Below are positions 1 to 11,209 of a DNA stretch of 64,000 nucleotides, in pieces (the first letter of the stretch is position 1; every line of letters begins with the position of its first letter). The notes under the pieces are model-generated. The model was not told where the DNA came from. It was given only the letters and a program-made list of their open reading frames with translations, and searched no databases. The stretch comes from Mobula hypostoma (taxonomy: Eukaryota): positions 178,810,001 to 178,874,000 of the forward strand of contig NC_086097.1 of assembly GCF_963921235.1 (NCBI RefSeq), written 5' to 3'. A program made the position numbers and the translations under genes.

Positions 1-72
1 TCGCTCAACCTCCCAAACATATCCACTCAATCTGGAAGGAAGTTGTCTCTGGGATCCACTGGAAATCAGCCG

Positions 73-644
73 AATCAGAATCTGGTTTATAATCATTAAA
101 TTATGTGATGTGAATTTTTTTTTTGTTTTTGCAATGAAATAAAATTACTATAAATCACAAAATTAATAAATAGTGCAGGAAAGTAAAAATGAGGTAGTAT
201 TCATGGGTTCATGGGCCATTCAAGACTGATGGTAGAGGGGAAGAAGCTGTTTGTGAATAGTTGAGTGTGGGTCTTCAATACTGTGATCCTGTGCCTCTTT
301 CCTGATGGTAGTAATGAGAAAAGGGCATGTCCCAGAGGGTGATGGTTCTCAATGGTGGATTCCACCTTCTTAAGGTTCCATCTCTTGAACATGTCCTCAG
401 TGTTGGGAAGGGTTGTGTCCACGATGGAGCTAACTTTGTACCCTCTTGTACATTGGAGCCTGCAGACCAGGTTGTGATGAACCACAATGAGAATATACAA
501 TACATCTGTAGAAATTTGCAAGAGTCTTATGTGACATACCAAATCTCCACAAATTCCTAATGTAGTAGAGACACTAGCATGCCTTCTTTGTGATTGCATC
601 TGGGCCGGATCCTCCGAGATGTTGACCCCCAGGAACTTGAACAT
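73..644 (-). mobile_element. Rex1/Babar-like LINE, degenerate 3' fragment
   Basis: ORF 201..644 begins FKFLGVNISEDP and contains HPLGHALFSLLPSGKR, typical of the RT C-terminus of this group; (GATTCT)n-type tail at ~73-90. Confidence 0.75.
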
Positions 645-939
645 TTCCAGCTGAAGGAAGACCCACTCAGGATTAAACCACAGCAGGAGTGATCCATTTA
701 CATGAAGTGTTTACTCAGTCAGGGCTATACCTGACTTCAAGCCCAAACAGCATGGTGGATATCTAACTAACCTCAGAGGTGTTCACAAACCTTCTTAGAG
801 CACCGTCTGATGGCTTCAGGTTGGAGATAGGTGCCAACCTTGTCAACATTTCACACATTCTCAGTGGGTATAAGTGTTGCCCCATTGGCTTGCATGGGAG
901 GCTATTCGGTCCATCAAGTCCATGCTGACTTTTAGTCAC

Positions 940-1330
940 AGAGTTACAGAGAAAGAGCAGTGCAGGTAGATGAGTGAAGTGCTTGCGCCACGATGAGGCA
1001 AATTGGGAGATTATGAGTCATTTTTATCATATATGGGATCTGTTGAAGAGTCTGATAACAGCAGGACAGAAGCTGTACATGTTCTCAAGCTCTAATAGCT
1101 TCTGCCTGATGGGAGAGGAGAGAAGAGAGAATGACCAGGGTGGAAGGGGTCCTTGAATGGGTTAGCTGCTTTCCTGAGGCAGTGAGAAGTGTAGACGGAG
1201 ACAGTGGAGGGAAAGCTGATTTGTGTGATGGACTGGGCTGTGTTCACAGCTCTCTGCAATTTCTTGTCATGTTGGGTAGAGCACCAAGCTGTCCCACATA
1301 GTTTGCTTTCTATGTGCCTCTGCAAAAACA
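940..1330 (-). mobile_element. Rex1/Babar-like LINE 3' fragment
   Basis: ORF 1092..1388 contains KKLQRAVNTAQSI...KDPFHPGHSLFSPLPSGR. Confidence 0.75.
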
Positions 1331-1604
1331 GGTAAATCATCAGTGTTGTAATGTAACAACAATATGTGCACAGCAAGATTCCAGGCACAGCAAGATAGTG
1401 TTGTCTTGATCATCCATCTTAGATATCAGTGCCTGTGGGACAATATCCAATATTGGCTGAGCTGTTCCTTACAACCATGAGGATGAATGAATTCTCAATG
1501 TAATGTCCCCACTGAATGTATTTTGTTTTAGATTTTAAGGAATCTTATCCCAAATTACTCATCAGTTTACCCCCCTCTTTTCTCCCTTCCCTGCCTCACT
1601 AAAG

Positions 1605-1689
1605 AAGAAGACGTACCAATGCATCAAGTGTCAGATGATCTTTCAATGCGAGTGGGACATCCAGGTTCACGTGGCCAATCATATGTTGG
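1605..1689 (+). CDS. ZNF521: Internal coding exon of a ZNF521/ZNF423-family zinc-finger gene (one of the C-terminal C2H2 fingers)
   Basis: Polypyrimidine tract 1566-1600, AG acceptor 1603-1604, GTGAGT donor at 1690. Translates [28 protein letters not shown]+G (C-x2-C-x12-H-x3-H). [12 protein letters not shown] matches recalled ZNF521 (ZNF423 has EREIQIHVANHM). Length of 85 nt and phase 0/1 match my recollection of the mammalian exon. Confidence 0.88.
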
Positions 1690-1929
1690 GTGAGTGATTT
1701 AAGGTTCTTGCCCCGGTGTGTGCAGAGTACATTGCGCGGTCTGTCTGGATGATACGGAGCCTTGCTTATTAAATCTTTGAACCGCTCCATCACTGGTTGG
1801 AAATAAAGCTACTGTGTCCACCCCATCTTCTTTCCTGGGATGTAAAGTTGCTGGAAACAATGGTACACCTGTAACAAAGAGCTAGGGCAAGGGTAACTTT
1901 TCAGTAGTCATCAATTATGTGAGAGAGGG

Positions 1930-2330
1930 AGCGTGTGTGTGTGTGTGTGTGCGCGCTCTTGTACTTGTGCCTGTGTCAGCACATGCTCTCCGTACTTGTA
2001 TGCATTTTTGCTTGCATGCCTGTGAGGATGTGCATCGATATGAGGATATGTGCTCATGTCTTTGTGTGTGCATACCAGCTTCTGTGTATATATGATGCAG
2101 TTGTGTCTGCTTTTGTATGTGTACGTTTTTGTACATATCTTTGTGTGTGTCAGAATTGCAATTGGTTTATTATTGTCACATGTACTAAGGTACAGTGAAA
2201 AGCCTGTATGTGTTACGGTGCGTATGTGCATGCCAGTATCCTGGTCTTTGTGTGTGTACATGTCATATATATGTCTCTGTCTGTGATTTTTCTGTTTCTG
2301 TTTGTATGTTAACGTACGTATCCATGTCTT
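1930..2330. repeat. (TG)n microsatellite followed by TG/TA-rich low-complexity tract
   Basis: (TG)n at ~1934-1950, then degenerate purine-pyrimidine alternation. Confidence 0.85.
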
Positions 2331-2549
2331 TGCTACAATCTGAGAGACTGAAATCTGGAGCCATTGGTCAAACTCATCTCCCCACCCGTTGCTGAAGGCC
2401 TGTCGGAGTGTCGCCAAACACTGTGGGGCTTTTGATGGGTTATTCCACATTTGCGTTATTGGTCAGCTGACTTAGCCCAAAGCCGATCAGTGCAACAGAG
2501 AACATCCATGTCAGGTGTTCAAAATGAACATTAATTTAATTTAATAAAG

Positions 2550-2930
2550 GTGAGTGTTGGAAGCACTCAGCATGTCAGTCAGTATCTGTGGAGAAAAACT
2601 GATTTAATTAGTCAGGCCGATGATCTCCTGTCAGAACTGGGACAAATTAGAGGGGTCCCATCGACTGTTACTGCTGTTTGGTGTTCTCATTTCTCCATTT
2701 CTCCACTGGTTCCATTCTCACCCTCTGTCACAAAGACAGTCATCTCTTTCAGCATTTAATGTCTCCCCCTCTCCACTCCCTCATGACTCTTCCCCCGTGC
2801 CCTCATCCTCCTACTGCTCCCCTATGCTCAGTACATTAATAAATAGATTCCTCCACTTCTGATGTAAGGACGTTAACCTGTTTCTCTCACCATAGATGCT
2901 GCCTGACCTATAGGTGCAGCATTTTGCTTT
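2550..2930. mobile_element. Old Penelope-like terminal-repeat remnant with inverted arms
   Basis: Left arm gaagcactcagcatgtcagtcagtatctgtggagaaa; right arm tttctctcaccatagatgctgcctgacct; same family as 15786-16001. Confidence 0.55.
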
Positions 2931-3302
2931 CCCTGTGAATTTTTTGAACCACAGTTTGGGTCACTCATGGCAAACACAGGGGTGAGGGAATCCGTGCGGC
3001 CAATAAATGTAACCTCTTCCTTCTGTGTTGCTGGAGGGTGAGGATGTCCCTGTGATGTCAGTAACAGATCTGCTGTGTCTGATGTGCAGTGTGAGACGAT
3101 ATATTCTGGTTCATATTTCAGAATAATTAACCAGAATTCTCTAAACTCTTTAGAAAATTAGCCAAGCGTGTAATTCAATGGAAACTCATGATGACTGATT
3201 TATTTTGGGGAAGTGGTTGCACTGTGGCTCAGTGTTTTCCATTCCAGGTCGTTGTGGTTACAATTCATACATTAGAGCTGAAAGGTCTCAAATTATATTC
3301 CC

Positions 3303-4848
3303 GGTCAGTACTGAGTGAGTGTTACACTCTGGGAGGGTCATTACTTAGTGAGTGTCACACTCTGGGAGGGTCATTACTTAGTGAGTGTCACACTGTGGGA
3401 GGGACAGTATTGAGTGAGCGTCAAACTGTGGGAGGGACAGTACTGAGTGAGTGTCACACTGTGGGAGGGTCATTACTTAGTGAGTGTCACACTGTGGGAG
3501 CGTCATTACTGAGTGAGTGTCATGCTGTGGGAGGGACAGTATTGAGTGAGTGTCAAACTGTGGGAGGGACAGTACTGAGTGAGTGTCAAACTGTGGGAGG
3601 GTCATTACTTAGTGAGTGTCAAACTGTGGGAGGGACAGTACTGAGTGAGCGTCAAACTGTGGGGACAGTATTGAGTGAGTGTCAGACTGTGGGAGGGACT
3701 ACTGAGTGAGCGTCAAACTGTGGGGACAGTACTGAGTGAATGTCAGATTGTGGGAGGGACAGTACTGAGTGAGTGTCACACTGTGGGAGGGTCATTACTT
3801 AGTGAGTGTCACACTGTGGGAGGGTCATTACTGAGTGAATGTCACGCTGTGGGAGGGACAGTATTGAGTGAGTGTCAAACTGTGGGAGGGACAGTACTGA
3901 GTGAGTGTCAAACTGTGGGAGGGTCATTACTTAGTGAGTGTCAAACTGTGGGAGGGACAGTACTGAGTGAGCGTCAAACTGTGGGGACAGTATTGAGTGA
4001 GTGTCAAACTGTGGGAGGGACAGTACTGAGTGAGCGTCAAACTGTGGGGACAGTACTGAGTGAATGTCAGATTGTGGGAGGGACAGTACTGAGTGAGTGT
4101 CACACTGTGGGAGGGTCATTACTGAGTGAGTGTCACGCTGTGGGAGGGACAGTATTGAGTGAGTGTCAAACTGTGGGAGGGACAGTACTGAGTGAGTGTC
4201 AAACTGTGGGGACAGTACTGAGTGAATGTCAGATTGTGGGAGGGACAGTACTGAGTGAGTGTCACACTGTCGGAGGGTCATTACTGAGTGAGTGTCACGC
4301 TGTGGGAGGGACAGTATTGAGTGAGTGTCAAACTGTGGGGACAGTACTGAGTGAATGTCAGATTGTGGGAGGGATAGTACTGAGTGAGTGTCACACTGTG
4401 GGGACAGTACTGAGTGAGTTCAAACTGTGGGAGGGACAGTACTGAGTGAGTGTCACACTGTGGGAGGGACAGTATTGAGTGAGTGTCAAACTGTGGGAGG
4501 GACAGTACTGAGTGAGTGTCAAACTGTGGGGACAGTACTGAGTGAATGTCAGATTGTGGGAGGGACAGTACTGAGTGAGTGTCACACTGTGGGGACAGTA
4601 CTGAGTAAGTGACACACTGTGGGAGGGACAGTACTGAAGGAGTGTCACACTGTGGGAGGAAAAGTACTGAGGGAGGGACACACTCTGAGAGGGGCAGTAC
4701 TGAGGGAGTGTCATGCTTGGGGAGGGACAGTACCGAGGGAATGTCACACTATGGGAGGGACAGTACTGCGGAATGTCAAACTGTGGGAGGGCAGTACTGA
4801 GGGAACGTTGCAATGTGGGAGGAACAGTACTGAGGGAGTATTGCACTA
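3303..4848 (+). repeat. 33/30-bp minisatellite, roughly 47 units
   Basis: Unit CTGAGTGAGTGTCACACTGTGGGAGGGACAGTA with 30-bp deletion variants; degenerates towards 4848. Confidence 0.97.
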
Positions 4849-5249
4849 AGGGAGGAGGGTTAGTAGAGTGGGACTGCTACACTCTTTTGTTTAAGGTCTC
4901 TGTACACAGCTGGTAGAATTTCTAGATATTCTGTCCGTCATTTATCCCTCCCTGATCCAACATCAGCAAAGCCCAGATATTTCTTGTAATGATTCCTTCT
5001 TCCAGATCTGTGCGTTGCTGACCAGACCAGCATTTATTACCCATCCTGAACTCCTCGTAAGAAGTGTGTGGGGAGGGGTGTGAGTGATCTTTGTCTCGGA
5101 CCACTGCAGTCCTTCTGATGAAGGGGCTCCCACAGTGCTGTTAGGAGGAAAGAGATGGGGGCTGGTGATGAATTTCCGTGCCAGGATGTTGAGTAGCTAG
5201 GAGTGAGCCTGCAGATGATGGTGCTTCTGTTCTCACTGCGTATAGAGAC

Positions 5250-5710
5250 TTTGTTATTGGCTTATTATTGTCTCATGCACCAAGAAATAGGGAAACACTT
5301 AGCTTTACAAGCCATCCATACAGATCAGTTCAAAACCTAAGCACTTTTGAGATATTACAAGGAAAACCAGAATAAAGTGATACAGCTACAGAGAAAATGT
5401 AGTGCAGGCAGACGATAAGGTGCAAGGTCATAATGATGTAGATCGTGAGGTCAAGATTCTGTCTTATCATACGAGGAAACTACTCAGTAGTCTTATTACA
5501 GCAGGATAGAAGCTGTCCTTGAGCTTGGTGGTACCTGCTTTCTGGCTTTCGTACTTTCTGCCCAGAGAAGGAAGGGAAAGGCATAATGTCCATAGTTGGT
5601 AGGGTCTTCAGGGTCTTTGATGATGCTGATTGCTTTACCAAGCCAGTAAGAAGTGTAGATAGAGTCCATTGAGGAGAGGCTGGTTTCTGTGATGGACAGA
5701 GGGGCCATTG
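5250..5710 (-). mobile_element. Rex1/Babar-like LINE 3' fragment
   Basis: ORF 5496..5708 contains ITETSLSSMDSIYTS...SIIKDP; 3' UTR shared with other copies in the window. Confidence 0.75.
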
Positions 5711-6194
5711 CTGGAGTAGACTTGACAAGTAAATAGATTGCACATTGCCGGGTTTGGGAACTTGCTCTACACAGGCCAACTCCTGTGTTTCCTATATGGC
5801 ACTGGTATGTTGGAAAGCGAAGGGCAGTGAGAAATGTTAAAAATTCTAGGTCCGTCCTTCAGTTTGCAATACCATTTGTAAGGAAATGGATCTGCTTCTT
5901 AACAACACAGCTGTATTTCTCCGAAGTTCAGAAGGGTCAGAGTTTACTGTGTAAAATATTTGCTTGACAGGGAGAAACAGACCTGTTTCCTCTGTGACCT
6001 GGCACAGTGTAAGGGGTATGAGATTGGTCATTAATGAGTGAGAGGTACTTTGGGGCACTGGATTATTGTGGACCCTGGGAACTGGATGAGGTCAAAAATC
6101 AGCTGCAACCCTGTAAGATTGAGTGGCCAGATACAGTTGAGGGGCTGAGTGGCCTACTCCTGTTACTATTCCTTACTCCCTTGTGTCTTATAGA

Positions 6195-6460
6195 ATTGGG
6201 GTGGCATAGTCGGTCTAATGCTGTTACAGTATGAGTGAGCCTGGTTCAACTCCCCTATGTTCTTCCTGTGATTTCACCGGCTTCCTCCAGATGCTCCAGT
6301 TTCCTCCCAGATTCCAAAAGTGTAAGGGTTAGGTTGCTGTGGGCATTTTATATTGGTGCCTGAAGCATGCTCCCAACACATCCTTGAATCTTTGGTCATT
6401 GAAACAAATGACACATTTAACTGTATTTCAATGTACGTGTGACAAATATAGCTAATCATT
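6195..6460 (+). mobile_element. tRNA-derived V-SINE-like remnant
   Basis: ggtggcatag A-box-like head, ggttcaactccc B-box, ttcctccagatgctccagtttcctccca V-domain-like segment. Confidence 0.65.
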
Positions 6461-6889
6461 AGATCACCTCATTGTCACTTCTGAAAGGAAGAATGGAAGT
6501 GGGATGTGGGAGCAGCTGGCTTTGTTGTGACCAGGGCTGTTCTTCCTCAAAGCAGATTCAGTGGAACTTCCATTGGGGAAAGTGATGAAGCGGGATAATT
6601 TCTGGGACTGCAGGAAGTGAGATTAGTTTGGTTTCAAAGGGTCAGGGCAGGCACGGCGAATGAATGAGATCTTCAATATCATACGCTAGACACTTACATG
6701 GATCAAGGGCTAGAGGTATAAGGAGAAATACTGGATAATTCGAACATTGTCTCAGTATTGAGTTTGAACCTCTCTACCTCTGTAAGTTCCAGACAATAGC
6801 TCTCCTAGATCCCCCTCTTGCTCACTCAGATTCCCATCTGTTTTCCTTGGGACAGCCAAGCCCCAGGCTCTGGAACTTGCTCCCTATAC

Positions 6890-7170
6890 TTCACTGGTGA
6901 GACCACTCTTGAAGTACTGGGTGCAGCTGTGGTCACCCAGCTGTAGGAACCTGGGAGGGGTGAAGGAAAGATCCACAAGGATGTTACCAGGGGGGCTTGA
7001 GTTATAAGGAGAAGGTTGAGGGGCTGGGACTGTTTTCCCTGAAGTGACAGAGGCCGAGAGATGACCTTAAAGAGGTTTATAAAATCTTGAGATAAGGTAT
7101 GTGATCACAGTCCTTTTCCCAGGGTAGTGGAGTCCAAAACTATAGGACATAGGTTTAAGGTGAGAATTTA
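6890..7170 (+). mobile_element. CR1 LINE 3' fragment
   Basis: gtgagaccactcttgaagtactgggtgcagctgtggtcacc (RP-LEY-VQ-WSP); atgaccttaaagaggtttataaaat. Confidence 0.75.
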
Positions 7171-8019
7171 AAATTCTCTTGCCCTGAGAAAGGGAGAATA
7201 GTTGACAACAGACTATACGTGGTGTGTGTCTCTGTTGTCACATTGGTCCATTAATATTCAAAAGCGAGTGTCTGTGGAAAGGGTGAGATGGAAGGAAGAT
7301 CACTATTCCAGCCATTGCTTTTCTCTTGATTTCATTGCTTCTTGAAATGGCAAGCTGTAAGTGCCACAGTGCCTGAGAAATAGTGTCTCCACCATTCCTC
7401 CAGGTTTGAGAGAGACAGGAAAGAACAGAGGGAAAATACTATGGATGTTGGAACTTTTAAATGGCAAAGTGTTCAGCTGCAGCTCTAGAGAGGGAAACAA
7501 GAGGTCACATATTACCCATTCTAATAAAAGGTTATTGACTTGAATAGTGTCTCCAATTGTCCAGCCAATGATATCAAACAACCCCAGGCATTGTCCACCA
7601 TTCAACTCTTCCAGTCGTGGCAGTCAGTGCAGTTCAGAAGTCTTCCTAACTGGATTCTCATCCAGTCTTACCTCCCCTTAAACCTAATGTCTCACCATGT
7701 GTTTACTCTAATTCTTGAGTCCTTGTTAACAACCATAAAGTTTGATAAACATATAATTGCAGTGTTAGGGTTAATGTAATTACTTTTTATCCATTTCCAA
7801 TTATAATTTTTGTCCTATGTGTCACGTGTTGCTCAAGCTTCTCATTTGTTTCTATCTTCTTACTAACTTCAACTTGGTTTAATGATGATAATTATATGTA
7901 ACCTATTGTTTTTAACTGGGAAGGGTTGTGTGTAGAAGCTGGAAACAGTCCAGGGAGTTTTGAGGCCACTAAAGTGAAGTGCCACCTATAAATCTTCAAG
8001 TAATATCTCTCTCAGCCAT

Positions 8020-8405
8020 CGGTCGGAGTACTGTGTGCAGTTCAGATCACCTCTCTAAATGTAGCATCTGACAGCGCTGGAGAGGGTGCAGAGGAAATCC
8101 ACCAGGACCTCGCTGGGGATGGAGTGTTTCAGTTATAAAGAGAGACTGGAGAGGTTGCCTCTGTTCATTCTGGAGCAGAGGAGGTTAAGAGGGGAAATCA
8201 TGAAGATATGGAGGGGGTAGACTACAGATAACCTCTCCCCATATCAGAGATAACTAAAACTAAAAACATAGATTTAGCATGGGGGGAAGGGAGTTAGGGG
8301 AATACCATCTTCACCCAGAGAGTGGTGAGTATGTGGACCACAGAGCTGGAGAGAGTGATGGAAGCAGAGTCACTGACAGCATTTGAAAGATATCTAGACC
8401 AGCCC
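8020..8405 (+). mobile_element. CR1 LINE 3' fragment
   Basis: gagtactgtgtgcagttc...ctggagagggtgcagaggaaat. Confidence 0.7.
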
Positions 8406-9319
8406 TTTGAATCAGATTTATTATCACTGCTTACATGTCGTGAAATTTGTTGCTTTGCGGCAGCAGTACAGTGCAATGGCATAAAATTACTGTAAATTAC
8501 TAAACAAAATCGTGCACAAAAAGGAACAATGAGGTACAACCCTCTGCAGTCTCTTGCAACCTTGTGCATTGGAGCCTCCATAACAGGCAGTAATGCAACC
8601 AGTCAGCATGATCTCCCCATACATTGGTAGAAATTTGTAAGGATTTACAATAATTACTAATGAATCACCAAGACACGGAGGCCTACAGGCCAGGTGCTGG
8701 AGGATGAGATGGATATGGATGGGTGCCCACTGGTCAGCGTGGATGTAGTAGATCGGCTGGCCTGTATGACTCTAATACTCTATGACACTAATTCTATCTG
8801 TGCCAACTTTAGGAGGGGAGAGGCCAGGATTGGTTCTACAGCGTGGGATGGAAGGGGAAACTCGCAGTCCGAGACCATATAAAGGTAGATCTCTATCCAT
8901 CTATCTATCTAGCTGTCTGTCTATCTATTGGGCTGTCTCTTCTTTCCATGCCTCTACCTGCCTTTGCTGTATGAAGTTTGTTTAATGGAAGTAGGATTCG
9001 CTCATCGCTGCTCTCATAACAAAGTACATATTCAGGAAATGAGGACTGAAATCCTTAGCCAGATTTGGTTTTAGAAAGGCGATTTTCAGTGCCATTCCCT
9101 TCCTGAGCAATAAGGCTTCATTCCCTCCACTGCCAGATTTCTGAACGGTTCATGAACCCATGAACACTACCTCGTTATTCTTATTTTTTGCACTAGTTAT
9201 TTTGTAATGCATAGCAATTTTGTCTTTGCACTGTAGGGCTGCTGCAAACCAACAGAATTTCACATTGTGTAGGTCACTGAAACTAAAAGAAAGGTCATAA
9301 AGACACACTATGAATCTAG

Positions 9320-10630
9320 GTGGAGAGGGTCAGAGGCTTTAAATTCCTTGGTGCTAACATATCAGAAGTTCTGTCCTGGGGTCAGAACACAAAGAAGGCA
9401 TGACAATGCCTCTACTTCTTAAAAGTTTGCATAGATCTGACATATCACTAAGAATTTTGATAAACTTCTATAGCTGCACAGTGCGAAGTTTCCTAAATGG
9501 TTGCATCATATGGAAACACCAAAGCCCAGGAATAAAAAAGACTACAGAAAGTGGTGGATAAAGCCCAGTTCGATACAGGCAAAGCCAGACACCCCACCCT
9601 GCAAAAACTCATTTCAGGGAGGTAGCACCATCAATTTGCGGGGGACTTCTGGGAGAGGTGGGATGTCTGCAACAGAGTAGCTCCTTAGCAGCCAGCCAGC
9701 TAGTTTAAATAACGTTAGCTATGCTAATGAACAAATGACACCTGTTAAACTCACCTCAACATGTCTTTTACATTTTAACCCACCGTGGGCAATAGAAAAG
9801 TCACTGTTGCAAACAGTGCAGTGAGCAACACTGTCATTATTTTTGACCCCTATTAGGCAGGGGTACACTTTAGGGTAGTCTGGGGTGACGTACGTTTTAT
9901 ATTTTCTTTTTTTGGAACACTCTCCTATGGCGCGCTCTTGCTCTCTCTCTCTCTCTCTCTCGTGCTCTCTCGCGCTTTCTCTCTCTCTCTCTCGCTTGCT
10001 TTCTCTCGCTCGCTCTCTCTCGTGGTCACTCTCGCTTGCTTTCTCTCTCTCTCTCTCTCACTTGCTCTTGCTCTCTCTCATGGTTGCTCTCGCGCTCTCT
10101 CGCTCGCTTGCTCTCAAAATAATTGATTTCTGTGACATTGTATATAAGTTGCGGGCATCAGGGAGCCACTATTAATATGCGGGAGACTCCCGGAACTTCT
10201 GGGAGAGGTGGGATGTCTGCAAAGCCCTCGTCACCATTAAGCACATTTAAATGGAGCACTGCCACAAGTAAGCAGCATCCATCATCAAAGGCCGCCACCA
10301 TCCAGGCCATAATCTCTTCTTGCTGCTACCATTAGGCAGGAGGTACAGAACCCTTAGGTCCCACATCACCAGGTTCAGGAACAGGCTCCTGAAGTGGCGT
10401 GGATAACTTCATTCACCACTACTCTGAACTGATTACACAACCTATAGGCTCACATTCCCACATTCAAGGGCTCTTTACAACCCAGGTTCTCAGTATTGTA
10501 TTTATTTGCACAGTTTGTCTTGTGCACATTGGTTGTTTGTCAGTTTGTGTCTGTTTATGCATAGCTTTTCAAAAAATTCTATTGTGTTTCTTTATTCCTG
10601 TAAATGCCCGCAAATGAATCTCAAGTAATA
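9320..10630 (+). mobile_element. Rex1/Babar-like LINE 3' half, interrupted by a DNA transposon
   Basis: tttaaattccttggtg (FKFLG), ctctacttc, cagaaagtggtggat; resumes after 10225 with caccatccaggccat...ggcaggaggtacagaa. Confidence 0.75.
9586..10219. mobile_element. Non-autonomous DNA transposon (MITE, hAT-like CAG...CTG ends), 6-bp TSD
   Basis: Left end cagacaccccacc, right end ggtgggatgtctg (inverted); TSD caaagc at 9580-9585 and 10220-10225; internal CT/CTCG-rich microsatellite ~9930-10115. Confidence 0.8.
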
Positions 10631-11209
10631 TATAGTGAATGACCAGCAACAACAAATTTATACTAATCCTGAATTAATCCAGTTTTACTCTCCTCACATT
10701 TCCATCAGCTTCCACAGATTCAACCGCTTACCTGCACACTAGAGGCACCTTAAAGCAGATAGCTAAACCACCTACCTGCATGTCTTTTGGACGTGGAAGG
10801 AAACCGGAGCCTCTGTCTGGCCCTGTTGAGCCTTCTCCGCCATTCAATAAAATCATGGCTGATCTGGCTATGGACTCAGCTCCAACTGACTGCCTTTTCC
10901 CCAGAACTCTTAATTCTCCTCCGCTGCAGCAACCTAACTGTGTCGTAAATGTATTTAATAAGGTGGCTTCTACGGCTTCCATGGTCAGAGAACGTCACAG
11001 ATTCACTATTATCTCGGAAAAGCATTTTCCCCTGATCTCATCCTATGTTTTCTCTCTCGGATCTTGAGGCTGTCCTCTAGTTCCATTCTCACTCAGCAAT
11101 GGAAACAACTTTTCTGCCTCTATCTTATCTAATGCTTTTATAATTTTATATATTTCTATAAGATGTTCTCCCATTCTTCTAAATCCTAGAATGGTGCATT
11201 GATAAGGTA

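Noticed and set aside
1599..1793. 64-aa minus-strand ORF
   Set aside because: Antisense shadow of the real + strand zinc-finger exon
1911..2450. Cys/Val- or His/Thr-rich ORFs (also at 46997-47652)
   Set aside because: Translations of TG/CA low-complexity DNA
3188..4916. Long repetitive ORFs (LSECHTVGGTV)n
   Set aside because: Arise because the 33/30-bp units are multiples of 3 without stops; frameshift near 3700; no splice or protein-family support
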